Notes: generated from the letters alone by a model not told the origin. A DNA stretch of 64,000 nt from Schmidtea polychroa (GCA_044892525.1 CM097887.1:109718397-109782396); one strand, 5' to 3'; positions 38,042 through 50,887 are shown, counted from the stretch's first letter. Translations and numbers: made by a program.

Positions 38042-38536
38042 TTATCCATTTCTTGGACATGATCTGGCCATGTGTCCATAACTTCTGCATGAATGACATT
38101 GAATTTGTCCTTGTAGATTTACTTTATCTCTCTGCGGTGATGTTGATGTTGATCTTGACCTGGCAAAACAATTTCGTGACACATGCCCTTTTCTTCCGCA
38201 ATTAAAGCATTGCAAGTTATCATTAGTTCTCTGATCACTAATATTCGCTTTAGTGAATCTTTTATCAATTTGTTGCCACGCTTCTCTGGCTGCTCCTTTC
38301 AGGTATAGCGGTAATCTTTGCACCATTATCGATTGGCTCCATCCATAGGCTGTCGCATACATATAGTAATCTGCCATGAAGTCTACAAATTCCAACGGAT
38401 CTCCCCCATACTGATCTACAGGTAGTTTTTGACAACTCGCATAGTCACTGCCTTCCTTGCCATTCCCCACAGAAACTGTGGACACGGGTGTTTCATCATT
38501 ATTATTTGTATTATTAACTTGTCTTTGGGTACTCAT
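38042..38536 (-). CDS. Element 1 gag (short; capsid fragment plus two CCHC knuckles)
   Basis: ATG at 38536; YGGDPLEF...GWS...RLPLYLKGAAREAW; CFNCGRKGHVSRNC and CHSCRSYGHMARSC. Confidence 0.9.
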   Translation of the reverse strand: MSTQRQVNNTNNNDETPVSTVSVGNGKEGSDYASCQKLPVDQYGGDPLEFVDFMADYYMYATAYGWSQSIMVQRLPLYLKGAAREAWQQIDKRFTKANISDQRTNDNLQCFNCGRKGHVSRNCFARSRSTSTSPQRDKVNLQGQIQCHSCRSYGHMARSCPRNG

Positions 38537-38981
38537 TATATTCTCTACTAGTTTTTGGCTTCTCAATTTATAAAATGATCTGGTTAACACAGGTTTTACT
38601 CGTCTAAAATTTAAAGTATTACAATTACAAAATTTACCTTTCGTTTTAATTTTGACTTTTCAAAAATCAATATCCACAATTATTATTTTCACTAATCTTC
38701 AATAATAAAATCACCACTTTAATAATTTTCCAAAAATATTCACCACTCTTAAATCAAATTTTTCACTTTAATATATGTATTTTTTATCTTTTATCAATTT
38801 ACAATACTTTCCCAATCTCAACAAATTTTTATCAACTTTTTATCACGTCAGTATTAATCGATATTTCAATCAAATATTTTCACACTTTAAACGAATTTTC
38901 ACCAACTTTGGAACACGTCTGTATTATTCGATATTACAGTCAAATACTTTCACAATTTCAACAAATTTTCACCGACTTCAG

Positions 38982-38999
38982 ATCACGTCGGGCTCACCA
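38982..38999 (-). promoter_or_regulatory. Primer-binding site, tRNA-Trp
   Basis: TGGTGAGCCCGACGTGAT, 4 nt after the LTR end; complementary at 17 of 18 positions to the metazoan tRNA-Trp 3' end as I recall it (AUCACGUCGGGGUCACCA). Confidence 0.85.
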
Positions 39000-39003
39000 A
39001 ATA

Positions 39004-39899
39004 TGTTGGGTTTTTAATTTAAGTCAGTACTACGGTCTGACTCCTTTGTGTTCTTTTCCAAATAAATAAATAAATAAATAAATAACCCAACACAAAATCT
39101 TTATTGACACTGATGCAGTTACACTTTTACACTTGTATTAGTTTACTCACACTTGATACAATCAGGTTTTGTCTACAATTTTCAATTTGCCAACAAATCT
39201 CACGCAGGGGTAGATCTTCCAACGGGAGATGTCCCTTTCTGGTACGTTCGTTTTTTAAATGGTTTAATTTCTACTAACTTTAATATTTCCTTTTTCGCTC
39301 TCGTCAAACTTCTATTTTCTTTTCTTCGACCAACTGGCATTTTGTTTTCTTGCCAGTTGCTTTTATACTCGTTTGGTAATTGACTTTATTTTTGCCAATT
39401 ATTTTTGGTCTTATTTCCCCCGGGTTTCCTCTTGGAGGTCTAATTCAATTGAAGGGAATTGGCTCATTTTCTTTGACGGCGCTTATTACTTTTTATCCGG
39501 CTAAATTAATTGCCTTCCCAAAATTGGGTTTCTCCGGCTAAATTAATTGCCTTCCCAAAATTGGATTTATCAATTCGCTCGGGTTTTCCATTGTATCGGG
39601 TTTCCCATTAGCTCGGGTTCTCCATTAGCTAGGGTTTTCCATTAGCTTGGGTTTTCCATTAGTTAATTAATTTTTGTTTTTTGTAATTTATTCCTTTTAG
39701 GGACCCCCATTGATTTTATTTTATTATAGGTGAACTCGTCTCATTATTTAGCATCCGCCCATACCAGTTTCCCCCAGAAAATAGTAATTTTTTTAAAATT
39801 TTTGATTTTTAATTAATATTTTGTACTTTAAATTTTAGTTGTGAATTTGGTGTTTTTGTCAATTTTTCACCTCATTTTTGTGCCTCTCTTGTTGAACCC

Positions 39900-39904
<5 letters not shown>
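39004..39904 (-). repeat. Element 1 5' LTR (901 bp)
   Basis: TGTTGGG...CCCAACA terminal inverted repeat; TATAAAA near 39361-39367 and AATAAA near 39100-39105 on the minus strand; five 17-bp U3 repeats. Confidence 0.95.

Positions 39905-39935
<31 letters not shown>
39905..39935. repeat. (TA)n microsatellite abutting the 5' LTR
   Basis: TATATA... directly after CCCCAACA. Confidence 0.95.
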
Positions 39936-39940
<5 letters not shown>

Positions 39941-41945
39941 AAATGAAAATGAAAATTATCTTAATTACTGTTGATCTGAAATCATAATTTTTCTTTATTA
40001 GGTAATCCTAGATCAATAATCACAAATTTTGATATTAATGAAATATTCTAATTTCGAAAAAATTTATATTAAAAATCTTATGAACTATAAATGAATTAAA
40101 ATTTTAAAAAATTAAAAATTGTACTGCAGTGTTTCCAAATTATCAACGTCCTATTTAATAAAATATTGCCTGGAAGAATTTTTTGAAAAATTCCTGAAAT
40201 TAAATATTATAAGGAATATAACAGAAAACTATTATTTATTTCAATTATAAAGATTTAAGTTAAAATATTAGAATTCTAATTAAAAAAAATAAGCAGTAGT
40301 TTAAACTTATTTTTTATAAAATTAAAAGAGAATAAAAGTTGATATGAGAAATGTAATATTAAATAAATATAACCAATAACCATGAATCGGTTATTTGGAA
40401 GTTTGACAAATCCAGTGCTTTAGTGCTTTAACCAATCATTGATATTAAATTTTAAAATAAATTACATTTTCTGACGCTAGAAAATACACCGATTTTTTAT
40501 TTTTTAAAACAAAGATTTCCTTATATCAAAATGAAGTTGCACCAATTTCCAAATAAATGACTAATCAATTTCAAGATGGAGGAAAAATCATAGTGGCAAA
40601 TATACTTTTCCAGTAGTGAAACCCATCCACAGCAATTGACGAATTTGGGACAATATTATCAAGGTTACTCTTTGACTGATATGTTGCTAATAGCGTAGAC
40701 TAGTGGTTCTTAAACTTGGAATAACAAAGACGAAAATATTTAACTGATGTGTTTTACATATAAGGAATGAAGTTAAATAAACGAGAGTTTTTTAAAAATA
40801 AGACTTTAGGTCAGACTGAAAGGATGGGACGCTAGCTGATAACAAAACTCTTCGCTGAGGAGCGCATTTCGTTTGACAAAATAAAGCACTTAATAGGTTA
40901 AATGGTTTTTTCATCACTAATTTCGAAACTAGTTTTAATATCTTATTTAATATAATTTTTTTTCAATTTAATTTTGAATTTTTGCTTCGCGAATCACACT
41001 TTTTGAACCTACTAACCACCGCAGATAACTTGAAAAAACGTTCATATGTTTACTTAGTACAAATTTGACTTTTACCGAAGTCAAATTTCTGACAGTTGAG
41101 GTTGAGACCCTCATGCTGATGAGTAAAGATGAATCATTGAAGCATAATGGTACAGGGTACATATTCAATTAAAACCGTTTTCAATCAACATTTTTATTTT
41201 TAAGAAAATTGAAGAGAAATTGTTTTATTCTACTATTTATTCTAACAATTGCAAAAATTTTATGTCCTTTATTTCTAAAACATGTTGAAAAATTCTAATG
41301 TGGAAATTAATTATGTCGCGTGAAACAAAAAAACCGCGTCAGTTATGAATAATATATTTCCAAATTTAATTGCAAAATAAAATGGTTGTACACAAACCAT
41401 GAAATGAATCATACATAATCAATCATACTGATTGATAATAAAATTCGCTTTGAAGTATTTCAATATTGCTAATTAACAACTAAAAATTTTTTTTAAATAT
41501 TATATTTAATCTAATTATGATTTTTGCTTTGTATCTAAAAATATACAGAAAGTCAAAAATATAGAATAATTTTAGTTTCTATTTTATTTTAGTAAGATTC
41601 GAAATTAAATTAATTAAATTAAATTATTTAGTAAAAGCTTATTGAGAATCCACATTTTAATACACTCATACCTGGCTATACGGCTTTTCGCTTTAACGGC
41701 TTTCTTTAAATATGTGACTTTTTCGATATACGACCCAAAATGTTTCGATGTTACGGTGCTGGTGTTTTATTACCGGCCAGTGCCGTTAAGACATCGCTGG
41801 GATACCAAGCTAACGCATATGTATTTTACTGCTTTAATTTGCAGTGTAGTCACGTGTACTCTTAACAGTAGACATGTTTATTCTTTTTTCTTTTCTATTT
41901 GTTTTTTCAATTTATAATTTCATTAAAACCCGTTTTCAAGATAAA

Positions 41946-42760
41946 ATGTGCCCGAAACATTCATGTAATTGAGAGACTGATAAAAATAAAAAGAGAAATC
42001 GAAACGTTGTCACGCTGAAGACTAAATTAGCAGTTTTACATCGCATTCAATTTGGTGAGAAAATTGTCAAAATTTCTAAGTCTACCGGCGAAGTCTGGCG
42101 TTCAAACTATTCGTGATAACAAAGAAAAAATTAAAGCACATTTGCAATCTGGCGCCTTTAAGTGTCTCAAATTTAACTCGACAAAGAAGCAGCATTATGG
42201 AAAAATTATCGATTATATGGATTGAAGACAATAACCAATAGAGGATGCCAACGAGTAAAATGACTATCCAAGAAAAGGCTAAAACATATTTTTACGAATT
42301 TGAAGAATGGCAGTATCAATGAATCGACGGAAGATGTAACATTCCACACAAGCCGAAGTTGGTTTGAAAAATTTTAAAATCGACACGATTTGCAAAACTT
42401 TAAAATGAAAGTTGAAGCAGCTAGTGTCGTTGATAACGCAGCTAAAGAATATTACAATATTTTGAAAAGGATTATTGAAAAAAGTGGATATCGGCGTGAA
42501 CAAGTTTTCAATGTGGACGAGACAGGACTTTATTGGAAGAGAATGCCTGAAATCACGTACATTTCAAAAAACGAAAAGTCTGCATACGGTGATAAGGTGT
42601 CTAAAGAATGATTAACTTTACTCATCGGTGCAAATTCTGTGGGCGATTTTAAACTTAAACCGCTTTCAATATATCTTTCTAAAAATCCAAGGTGTTTAAA
42701 AGGTTAGAAAAAAAATTGCCTGTTATTTGGAGATCTAACAACAATACTAAATTTAAGTCT
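41946..42760 (+). mobile_element. Tigger/pogo transposase relic
   Basis: HTH start KRNRNVVTLKTKLAVL; QVFNVDETGLYWKRMP; LTLLIGANSVGDFKLKPL; stops and frameshifts. Confidence 0.85.
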
Positions 42761-44090
42761 CAGGTGTCGATAACGCAAAGCTATTCTTAGAAATTCTTGT
42801 GACACTGACAATTTGTCATTTTTACAAATCAGCATATTAGATTATTAGCCCGACACAAGAATATCCATTTACTCATTTATATTGGAAATTATCATTATTA
42901 CAATAAATGTGATGATATCTGAACAATTTTATTCATAAATATTTATATTACCCTGGAACAGTTATAGTGATGAATTTATAATTGAAAGTTGTAAAATTTA
43001 GCAAGAACAACTTACAGCAGTATTTTGAGATGACATTGAAGTTGAATGAGTAGATTGTGAACCTTAATAAATTAATTAAATTGACATAAATATAATATTA
43101 AATATTTTAAGCAATAACTAAATTTTCATAAATTGTTTTTAATATTGAAATAGAATCTGTTTATTTACAACAGCATTTACATTTATTAACGTGGACATAA
43201 TAATCATGACAGTAACGCACAAACTAATTGAACTTCGATATTATTAATTGTAAATCTTATGAACTTAACTTAGATACAAATCAATAAAAAATAGAGAAAA
43301 TTAAATGATAAAATAACTAGATGAAATATCATGGAAATTAAAAAAAAACAATTGTTTATCTTGTTATATCAGTTAATGAACTAATTTTGATAATCATTTA
43401 TAATTTTCTCTACTTTAGAACTCTTTACAAGAATTTAAAATTACACGGTGCAAAAAGAACGTTTCTTTTTTGTACACATTTAGTTACGCATTTTAGTCAA
43501 GCACGATGTCAAAATTATTGTCTTGTAAAATATGTACAGATGGGCGGATGCGGGTGTCGAGGTTCGAAGTTTGCTGAATTCAAACTCGAAGTCAAATACT
43601 CGGACCTCGAAAATGATTTCAACTTTTTTATTGGATTTTGTAACCCTAAAATGATATCTATTATACACCCGACTTCCGGAGAGATATTACAGCTACAATA
43701 TACAAATACCAATAAAGGAAACTAACTTACAAAAACGGTATTATTATCGAAATAACTAAAAATTATATTATATTATTAACCGTGATAAATTATTAGTTTG
43801 TCGCGTCTGTGTGCGTTCTGTCTACATTTTTATTTGGGTTGTGTGCGCACACAGACGCCAGCAAGAGGTATCTCGCAAGTTTTATTAATTAGTTTTTTGT
43901 AATTTTTTGATTTAGAGTTCGAGGAAGCTTTTGTTTGAACTGGTGATTTGTGTGGGTATTTTGAATTGGTGGATTTGGATTTAAAGAACTGATTTATTAT
44001 GATATCGATTTTTTAGAGTGTTGATGTTATGTTTTCTGGAATGGTGGTTTTAATTATAATTTTGATTTGAATTTTTGGCCTTAGCGAAAT

Positions 44091-44621
44091 ATGGAAGATA
44101 ATGAATGTTTGATATGTATTTCAATGAGCAATATGGCGAAGAGATGTCTTTTCAGCAGTGGAACTTGTCCATGTGATCGTGGCTCAGCAAGATCGTTGCA
44201 AATTATTAATGGAAGTTTTTCAAAACGATCGGAAATCAACGATTTAATTTCTGTAAATCATGAAATGACAGAAGAGGAACTCTAAGAGATGTTTATGAAA
44301 TTTCCCCAAAGCGATAAAAAGATAAACTTGCTAACTTATGGATATGATATTCTATTCAATCGAGCTCTTAAAAAGATCAACACAACCCCAATGTTTATTA
44401 TCCGAAGTGTTGAACAATTATCCAATGTTTTAAATTCAATCATGGCTCAATCTCAAGTTATTGGACACGATAAATGGTTTTGTACAAATAAAGCTTGTGA
44501 TATTAATTACAAAGAAATTCTTCTGATGTGTCTTAGATTTAAACAAACCGTTCATATTTATTATTATAATGTTTATATTTATTATTATTATTATTATTAT
44601 AAAATGATGATTGCTTGGTAG
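44091..44621 (+). pseudogene. Orphan Cys-containing ORF split by one in-frame TAA
   Basis: ORFs 44091-44285 and 44289-44621 are in the same frame; no family recognised. Confidence 0.3.
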
Positions 44622-44748
44622 CAGCATTTATTATTTAAAACAATAAAATGATAATTTAAGCCTTTTGCTGCAAATAATGTGTTTAATGAAAGAATTTTCG
44701 ACTATACGATAGTCCTTGCTTAAATTATCATTTTATTGTTTTATTATA

Positions 44749-44802
<54 letters not shown>

Positions 44803-45629
44803 TATATAAAATGAATACAAATTGTAACAATTGTTGGACTAAAGTCTCCATTGGACAGCCTGACGGATGTGGACCTCTCTAGTAATGATAACGATTTTGG
44901 TCCAATTTGTCGTCAACAATTGATCTTATTATTAAATATTTCTATTTATAAATTGAAGTTTTCTATTTTTATTTATGGATTATCCTAGTATTTTTATTTG
45001 AAATTTAATAGGTCAATAAAAATACCTATCAGAACTTTTAGAGTTTTCACTATTTTTTTTACACTTGTCTAACTAAAAAGAAATTTCATTTTACACAGTT
45101 TTCGAATAACATGGAACGTATCCTCCATTTTTAATTAGGAAATGTATCTTTCTTGAGGAACTTATCGATTGTGTAAAAAGGAATCGCGTGTATTACTCTT
45201 ATTGAAAATTTGATTTCTTTTTAATCTAATTAATGCATCATTTGTCTGTTCAGAACTTTTTTTTTCAATTGTGATAAGTGTAATGATTTTTTTGAATGTT
45301 TTTGTATTTAATAACAATTATTTATTGAGAATTATCAATCGTGAAAACATATAATTAAAAGTTGCATCACATATTAGAATTTAAAAATAAAAAAATTAAT
45401 TCAGAAATGAAACAATACATAGAAAGAAAATAAACAATAAATAAAGAATAAGTGTTCAATCGAGATTTTATTAATATTATCAATTGTGTCAAAAACAATG
45501 AAATTTCAGATTTAAACAATAACGCGTTAAATGATAATAATATAATCTGAGGGGCATGAATAGGCTATTATACGCGATTGTTTAATTTTTGAATATTCAA
45601 TTGCACGTGTATATATAAACAAATCTTAC

Positions 45630-45708
45630 CGCTATATCCATTAGGTGTAACTGTAGCAGGTTTTTGAGTTGATGTCGGCTGTTTAGCTTTCAATGGGGGT
45701 GCTTTATA
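45630..45708 (-). CDS. ZC2HC1A: ZC2HC1A internal exon
   Basis: TTCAG acceptor, GTAAGA donor; YKAPPLK (cf. YKPPALK). Confidence 0.7.
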
Positions 45709-45762
45709 CTGAATAATTCAGTTTAATAAAGAACAAAATATTTAATAAAATATGCAACCACA

Positions 45763-45883
45763 AGTTTTTTAGATGCATTACTCCTGGGCCCCAATTTTGC
45801 TTGTTGTTCTTTGCAAAATGGAACATGTCTATTGCAAGCATCTTCATTGAACCTTCGATGGCAATAAGGACATTCAACGAGGC
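45763..45883 (-). CDS. ZC2HC1A: ZC2HC1A exon with second C2HC finger
   Basis: LVECPYCHRRFNEDACNRHVPFCKEQ; TTTAG acceptor; donor position approximate. Confidence 0.85.
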
Positions 45884-46575
45884 CTAAATAGAACATGATA
45901 GAGTAATTTGATTTTTTCGTTAATCTTTTAAAGTATAAAATGATTACATGATACAGTCAAATTATACAATCAAAGTATATCAGTTTCTTCAATTTTCACG
46001 GAAGAGTTTATTCCCCTATATTAAGTAAACCAGTTGAATTTGAAAAATTGGTAAACAAAACTTACATAAGGAATTAAAACACTACTGCTCCATTCTCAAA
46101 TATTGACACAAGTACATATGAAGATCATTGAATAAAACTTCGATGATTCATAATATTTAATCATAGAAATGCTAATATGGTTCCTGACTCGAATGTGGAT
46201 TTACTATTAAGCAAAAAACTTATTTGTAAAACTACAAAAATTCTATTTCACCATCTGGATTCCAAATGTACATTTGAATATAATACTAAAAAATAGTTGG
46301 CATGAGTGTCTGGATAATCAGTTTTTTACTTATACAGAAAACCTCAGATTATCAAAAATTAATTGTTTGAAAATATTATATTGATACTTTACTCTTATAA
46401 TAGAAAGTTTTTAAAAATATTTATTATAATTATGTTATTGAGTCATTCATTAATGTAATTAACCGACAAATTATCACTCATTAAATTAAATATAAATACA
46501 ATTAAATAATTTCTGTGAATTTCATAAAATGTAAAAATAATATCCATCAACAAATAAATACATAATTAAGCATAC

Positions 46576-46861
46576 TAGTATCTACAACTGGTGGAGGAGG
46601 TGGCGGCAAAGGAGCCCCGGTTCGTTTTGCTGTACTATAATTACGAGCCGCCTTAAAAGATTCGATTAACTGTTCATGTTTTATTCTCCATTGTTTTGTT
46701 CTTGCTTCGGCTGCTGCTAATTTAGAATCTGGTTTGGGTATTTCACCGGGTTTTAAAGTTTTATTTTTTGGAATATCACTTCCTTCTGCTCTTTGCTTAC
46801 CACTGTCGAAAACTTTTCTTTGTTTCCTGTTACTTTTTATACATATCGGTTCATGCTTAAC
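46576..46861 (-). CDS. ZC2HC1A: ZC2HC1A exon
   Basis: VKHEPIC...RKVFDSGKQRAEGSDIP...WRIKHEQLIESFKAAR...LPPPPP; AG/GTATG boundaries in phase with neighbouring exons. Confidence 0.9.
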
Positions 46862-46926
46862 CTAATTTGGTAAATTAATAATATGTATTATAATTAAATC
46901 ATAAAAATAAATAAAAATAGAATTAC

Positions 46927-46988
46927 TAAAACATCGGGTCTGAAATTTCGACCACAGCATTTACAAGACTGTAACTGTATATCACCTT
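46927..46988 (-). CDS. ZC2HC1A: ZC2HC1A exon with first C2HC finger
   Basis: EGDIQLQSCKCCGRNFRPDVL; CTAG acceptor, GTAATT donor. Confidence 0.85.
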
Positions 46989-47041
46989 CTAGATTATTAA
47001 TTAAAATATTGTTTATTGCAAGTTATAATATAAATACAAAC

Positions 47042-47048
47042 CATCCAT
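47042..47048 (-). CDS. ZC2HC1A: Probable ZC2HC1A first coding mini-exon (ATG GAT G)
   Basis: Phase-1 donor GTTTGT, 53-nt intron, gives MDEGDIQL... Confidence 0.5.
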
Positions 47049-49959
47049 TTAAAATATTTATGCGTTGCTTTGTTACAAAAGAAATTTACATACAAATGAA
47101 TAAAACAAATAAATAATTATATATTTTTCAACTTAATAAATATTTTGGAATTCAACAAAATCTTAAATAATTATTTTTAAATTTAATTTAAAATTTACTT
47201 CATAATTTTGAAATTTATATTCTTTACTCTAAGATTATTTTATATGAGTACTTGTTTATTGAATTTTTAAAATTAAAAAACTTCAGGAATAGTGTTTTAT
47301 ATAAACCAAAATTCAATTAAAAGCTTTTAGTCATCGAGAGACCGATTTTCACAGCATTATATAAGGTTGCCTACCTGATCGCAAAGTAGGATCAGACGCA
47401 CATTATTGGTAAAATACTTGTAAAACTTGCTGTTACGAAAACTAGCGAATATTATGCTACGAAAAACTACGGAAAATAATTAATCCGAAATTCCTTTTTT
47501 AAATGTTACCATCAGCAGCAGAAAACGACATGAGCGATGACATTTTAGCTCAAGTATTTGCGGGTCTGATTTCAAGCCCTGGAAAATCCAGCTTTCAGCT
47601 TTACGAGACCACTGGCGTTTTCAATCCAAACCAGCGTATCGTATTCTTGTACTATGTACTAGTATGCCCTCTAGCCATTTGCATGCATCATTGATGTTGT
47701 TGATAATGCTGTTAATTCTTGTTTTGGCCACGCCTGTCAACTCCTCTTTTAATGTTAACTATTGGGGAGTGACTGCTGTTGATCAGTTTTGTTGGCCTTA
47801 TGGGGTATGTCATTTTAAATGTGTTAGGGGTATTTATCGATTTTGAATCGACTCATTCCTAAACGTCTTCAAGATTATTGTACTTTAGGCCATCTGTGTA
47901 CCCATGGTGATGACCTTGTTGGTAATGCACACAATGGCTGAAAATCCATGAACAGGTGAGCTCTACTGCTAAAACTACTCTTCATGATATTTTCATTATC
48001 GGGTTATGGACTGCCGATAAAAGGTCTTTCGTCATTGTTTTTTATCTATGGTCTTATTAGATTATTGTCCTTTATTCATTTAATTGTGGTCTCATTTCTG
48101 AATGTTTCCTACTGTTCTTTTCCAAAATTTTCCGCAGGGATCCGCCCTTATCTCCCAGTTAATAAATATTATTCTATACCTTATGTCGTACTCGAAGATA
48201 TTCAAGTTATTCTTCGAAAATATTGAGCAGGAATCTGCCTATATTCCTCGTTCTGTGCCAAACTTAAATCATAATTACTTGTGGACCCTCTAATATCACC
48301 CAAAACCAAACCTCTTTTATTTACAATCAATCTCATTTTCTTTATTACCCCTACTAACTCAATAAAATTTATTAAATGATTCTGGCAATAAACTCGTCGG
48401 AGGCCCTTCGAACATAGTTCTATCAACCGAGTGTTTGCGACGATCTACCATCCTCTTCTGTAGAAAGACAGAACCTTAGGACGTCTCTTGTCCTATAATA
48501 CTTCCAAAACAAATAAATTAAAATACCATTTATGCAAACTATAATTATTGCTCAAAAAATTAAAACGAGAAATAAACTAAAAAAAACAACCAAAATAAAA
48601 AAAAACTAGATTACATATAAATTTTGTTAGCTTAAAACATTAATCCGCACATAGAATTACTTAATCCAAAACAAGCTCACCTCGATGACATAGACCGAAA
48701 ACTGAGACCAGGTTAAAATGACACCGAAGAATTGTGTCTAAAATGTTATCAAAGTTAACAGTGATAATTCCATTTCAACTGAATTTGCAATCAGTATTTA
48801 TACTGATTTTGATTGCATTATCTGCCACTAGATCCAATAAAAATGCAATAAAGTTGAATTACGTTGCAAACACATATATGAGTGAGTGCAATTTTTTACA
48901 TTTAATTTAATTAATTTAATTAATCAATTTATTAAATTTTTATTAATTTTGACGATTTAATTTATAAATTTTATAGTTTAAATAATTTTTAACTAATGTT
49001 ACTTAAAATTTTATTATTTTATCCGTGTTAATAGAAATTTATAGTTTCAATTTTTAAATTTATTTATTTCTTTATTTTACTTCTCTTAATTTTTTAAATA
49101 AATTTTTCTTGTTGCTTTTCTTGAAGTATGCACTCATTGCCATAGCTCCTTCGTGTGTAAATACGAGCCAAAACATCCCTAGTTTTTTATATTACCAATT
49201 ATTTTATTGATTCTAATTAAATTGATTATGGTCTTTCGTATGTAAATACGACCAATAATCCTTTTTAAAATTTCGTTTCATATTTTTAACTAATTTATTA
49301 CTAATTATTATTTTTTTTATTATTCCTTTATTTTTCTTGTTGGTAGATTTTCCGAATGCCTTATTTTTCTCTTAACTGTGTTAGTTATTGCAACTTCTTG
49401 CGTTTCTTGAATTTATTATACGTGTTTTATTTATTCTCAATGTGGTATGTACTTTTTTTTGTATTATTTGGTGTATGATCATAGATTTAAATTCAACTTG
49501 GTGCAGTTTTCATGTTATGTATTTTCGATCCATTAAAACAAACTCTAAGTTCTCGGTTCTCGCCCAACAGTTTGATTATTTAATAATTGCATTAAACATT
49601 TATCATTTACTTGGTTATTCTCAGACCTACTTTCCTTTATGAGAGTGTATTATTGCATCCGTGAAAGGACTTTTATTTGGGAGGTCTAAGACATTTTTCT
49701 CTTTACTCATCTTTATGATCCTGGTATCGAATTTTTCAGCGAGAGATTTTGCAATTTCTTCTGCTTGAAGTGGGAATATAAACTTCGAATGGCAGAATAT
49801 GTTGTATGCCTCAATTTTTTGATAGGTTCGTAGTTGGGAGTCAAAGATGTTTGCTGTTTGTAGTGTAGCGTTATGTTATTTTTTTTTGATTTGTAGTTAG
49901 AAATCATAACGAACCTTCATTAATTATCGTCACTCGTCGCGTGCGTGGGTAAGAAAATA

Positions 49960-50887
49960 AAAACTATATTGAATTATTCTATAGTGAACTATCGTGAATT
50001 ACACTATAATGAATTATCACTATAAAAAATTGAAAAAAAAGAAATCGAAAAGAAATCAAAAAAAGAAATTTCTAAACGGATAATTTACTGTATCAAATTT
50101 CCAAACAGATAGTACAATAATTATTAGTAATAGAAAAAAAAAGTACACAATTGAAATATGTAAGAGTACAGGATAGAATTCAGGTCTACAGGACCCTTGT
50201 TCTACACTGGCATAAAATAAACAACTATATAATTAATATATAAGGACCAGGTAAGATTCAAGTCTTTTATAGACCCTTACTCTTAACTAAATTTGTAGTA
50301 ATTTTGAAGTTTTTCTTTTGCTTCTTTGTCTTTATATTTTCTCATTTTTTGCCGTTTTTCTTTTTGGTTTTTTTCCTTTTTCGGTCATTTTCTTTTTGAG
50401 ATATAACGGTAATTTGGGTTTCGTTTCTTCCTCTATTCGTTTTTTAGATACTTTTTACCGGATCAAATTTCCAAACAGATAATTTACTGGATCAAATTTC
50501 CTAAGCAGCTAATCTAAGTGGTCTACTCCATTTAGTCATATTTGATTGATAATTATGTACTCTACCCAACTACAACCGGGCGAAAACAAAAGGATCTCGT
50601 GTCATCACTATCCAAGACAGTTCCCAATAAACCAAGCTCGAATCAAACACGAGTTCCAACATCAATGTTTGCAATTATAGTAATCAGGACTGTGATACGA
50701 GATATCCCTTCGAAAATAAGGTTTTTATTCTTAATTGCTAATAAAGTTTGTAAAACATCGTTAGTTAGTTATATTTTATTAGTTCATTTTTATATATATT
50801 TTTTGTGCACATAATATTTTAAATAATATACACGCACCCCGATTGTCCCGGCACATATTTTTATCGGTCACTCTATCGGGTCTTACA
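49960..50887 (-). repeat. Solo-LTR-like dispersed repeat, copy 2 (with ~330-bp insertion)
   Basis: Colinear similarity with 27650-28475. Confidence 0.55.

Larger units (their letters stand above)
29434..39904 (-). mobile_element. Gypsy-type LTR element 1 with UBL, Bcl-2-like and gB-like env cargo; pol truncated within RT; located in the ZC2HC1A intron
   Basis: Paired LTRs, PBS, PPT, gag CCHC knuckles, DSG protease and RT start. Confidence 0.92.

Noticed and set aside
39329-39357. CAACTGGCA/TGCCAGTTG 9-bp hairpin after the LTR TATA box as a TAR-like RNA
   Set aside because: The expected start site ~25-30 nt after TATA falls within the second arm, and element 2's LTR lacks it.
39153-39383. 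76-aa plus-strand ORF repeated at 29544-29774, and the basic minus-strand ORF 56016-56231
   Set aside because: They lie inside LTRs; identity reflects LTR duplication and strand skew, and they are not conserved between the two LTR types.
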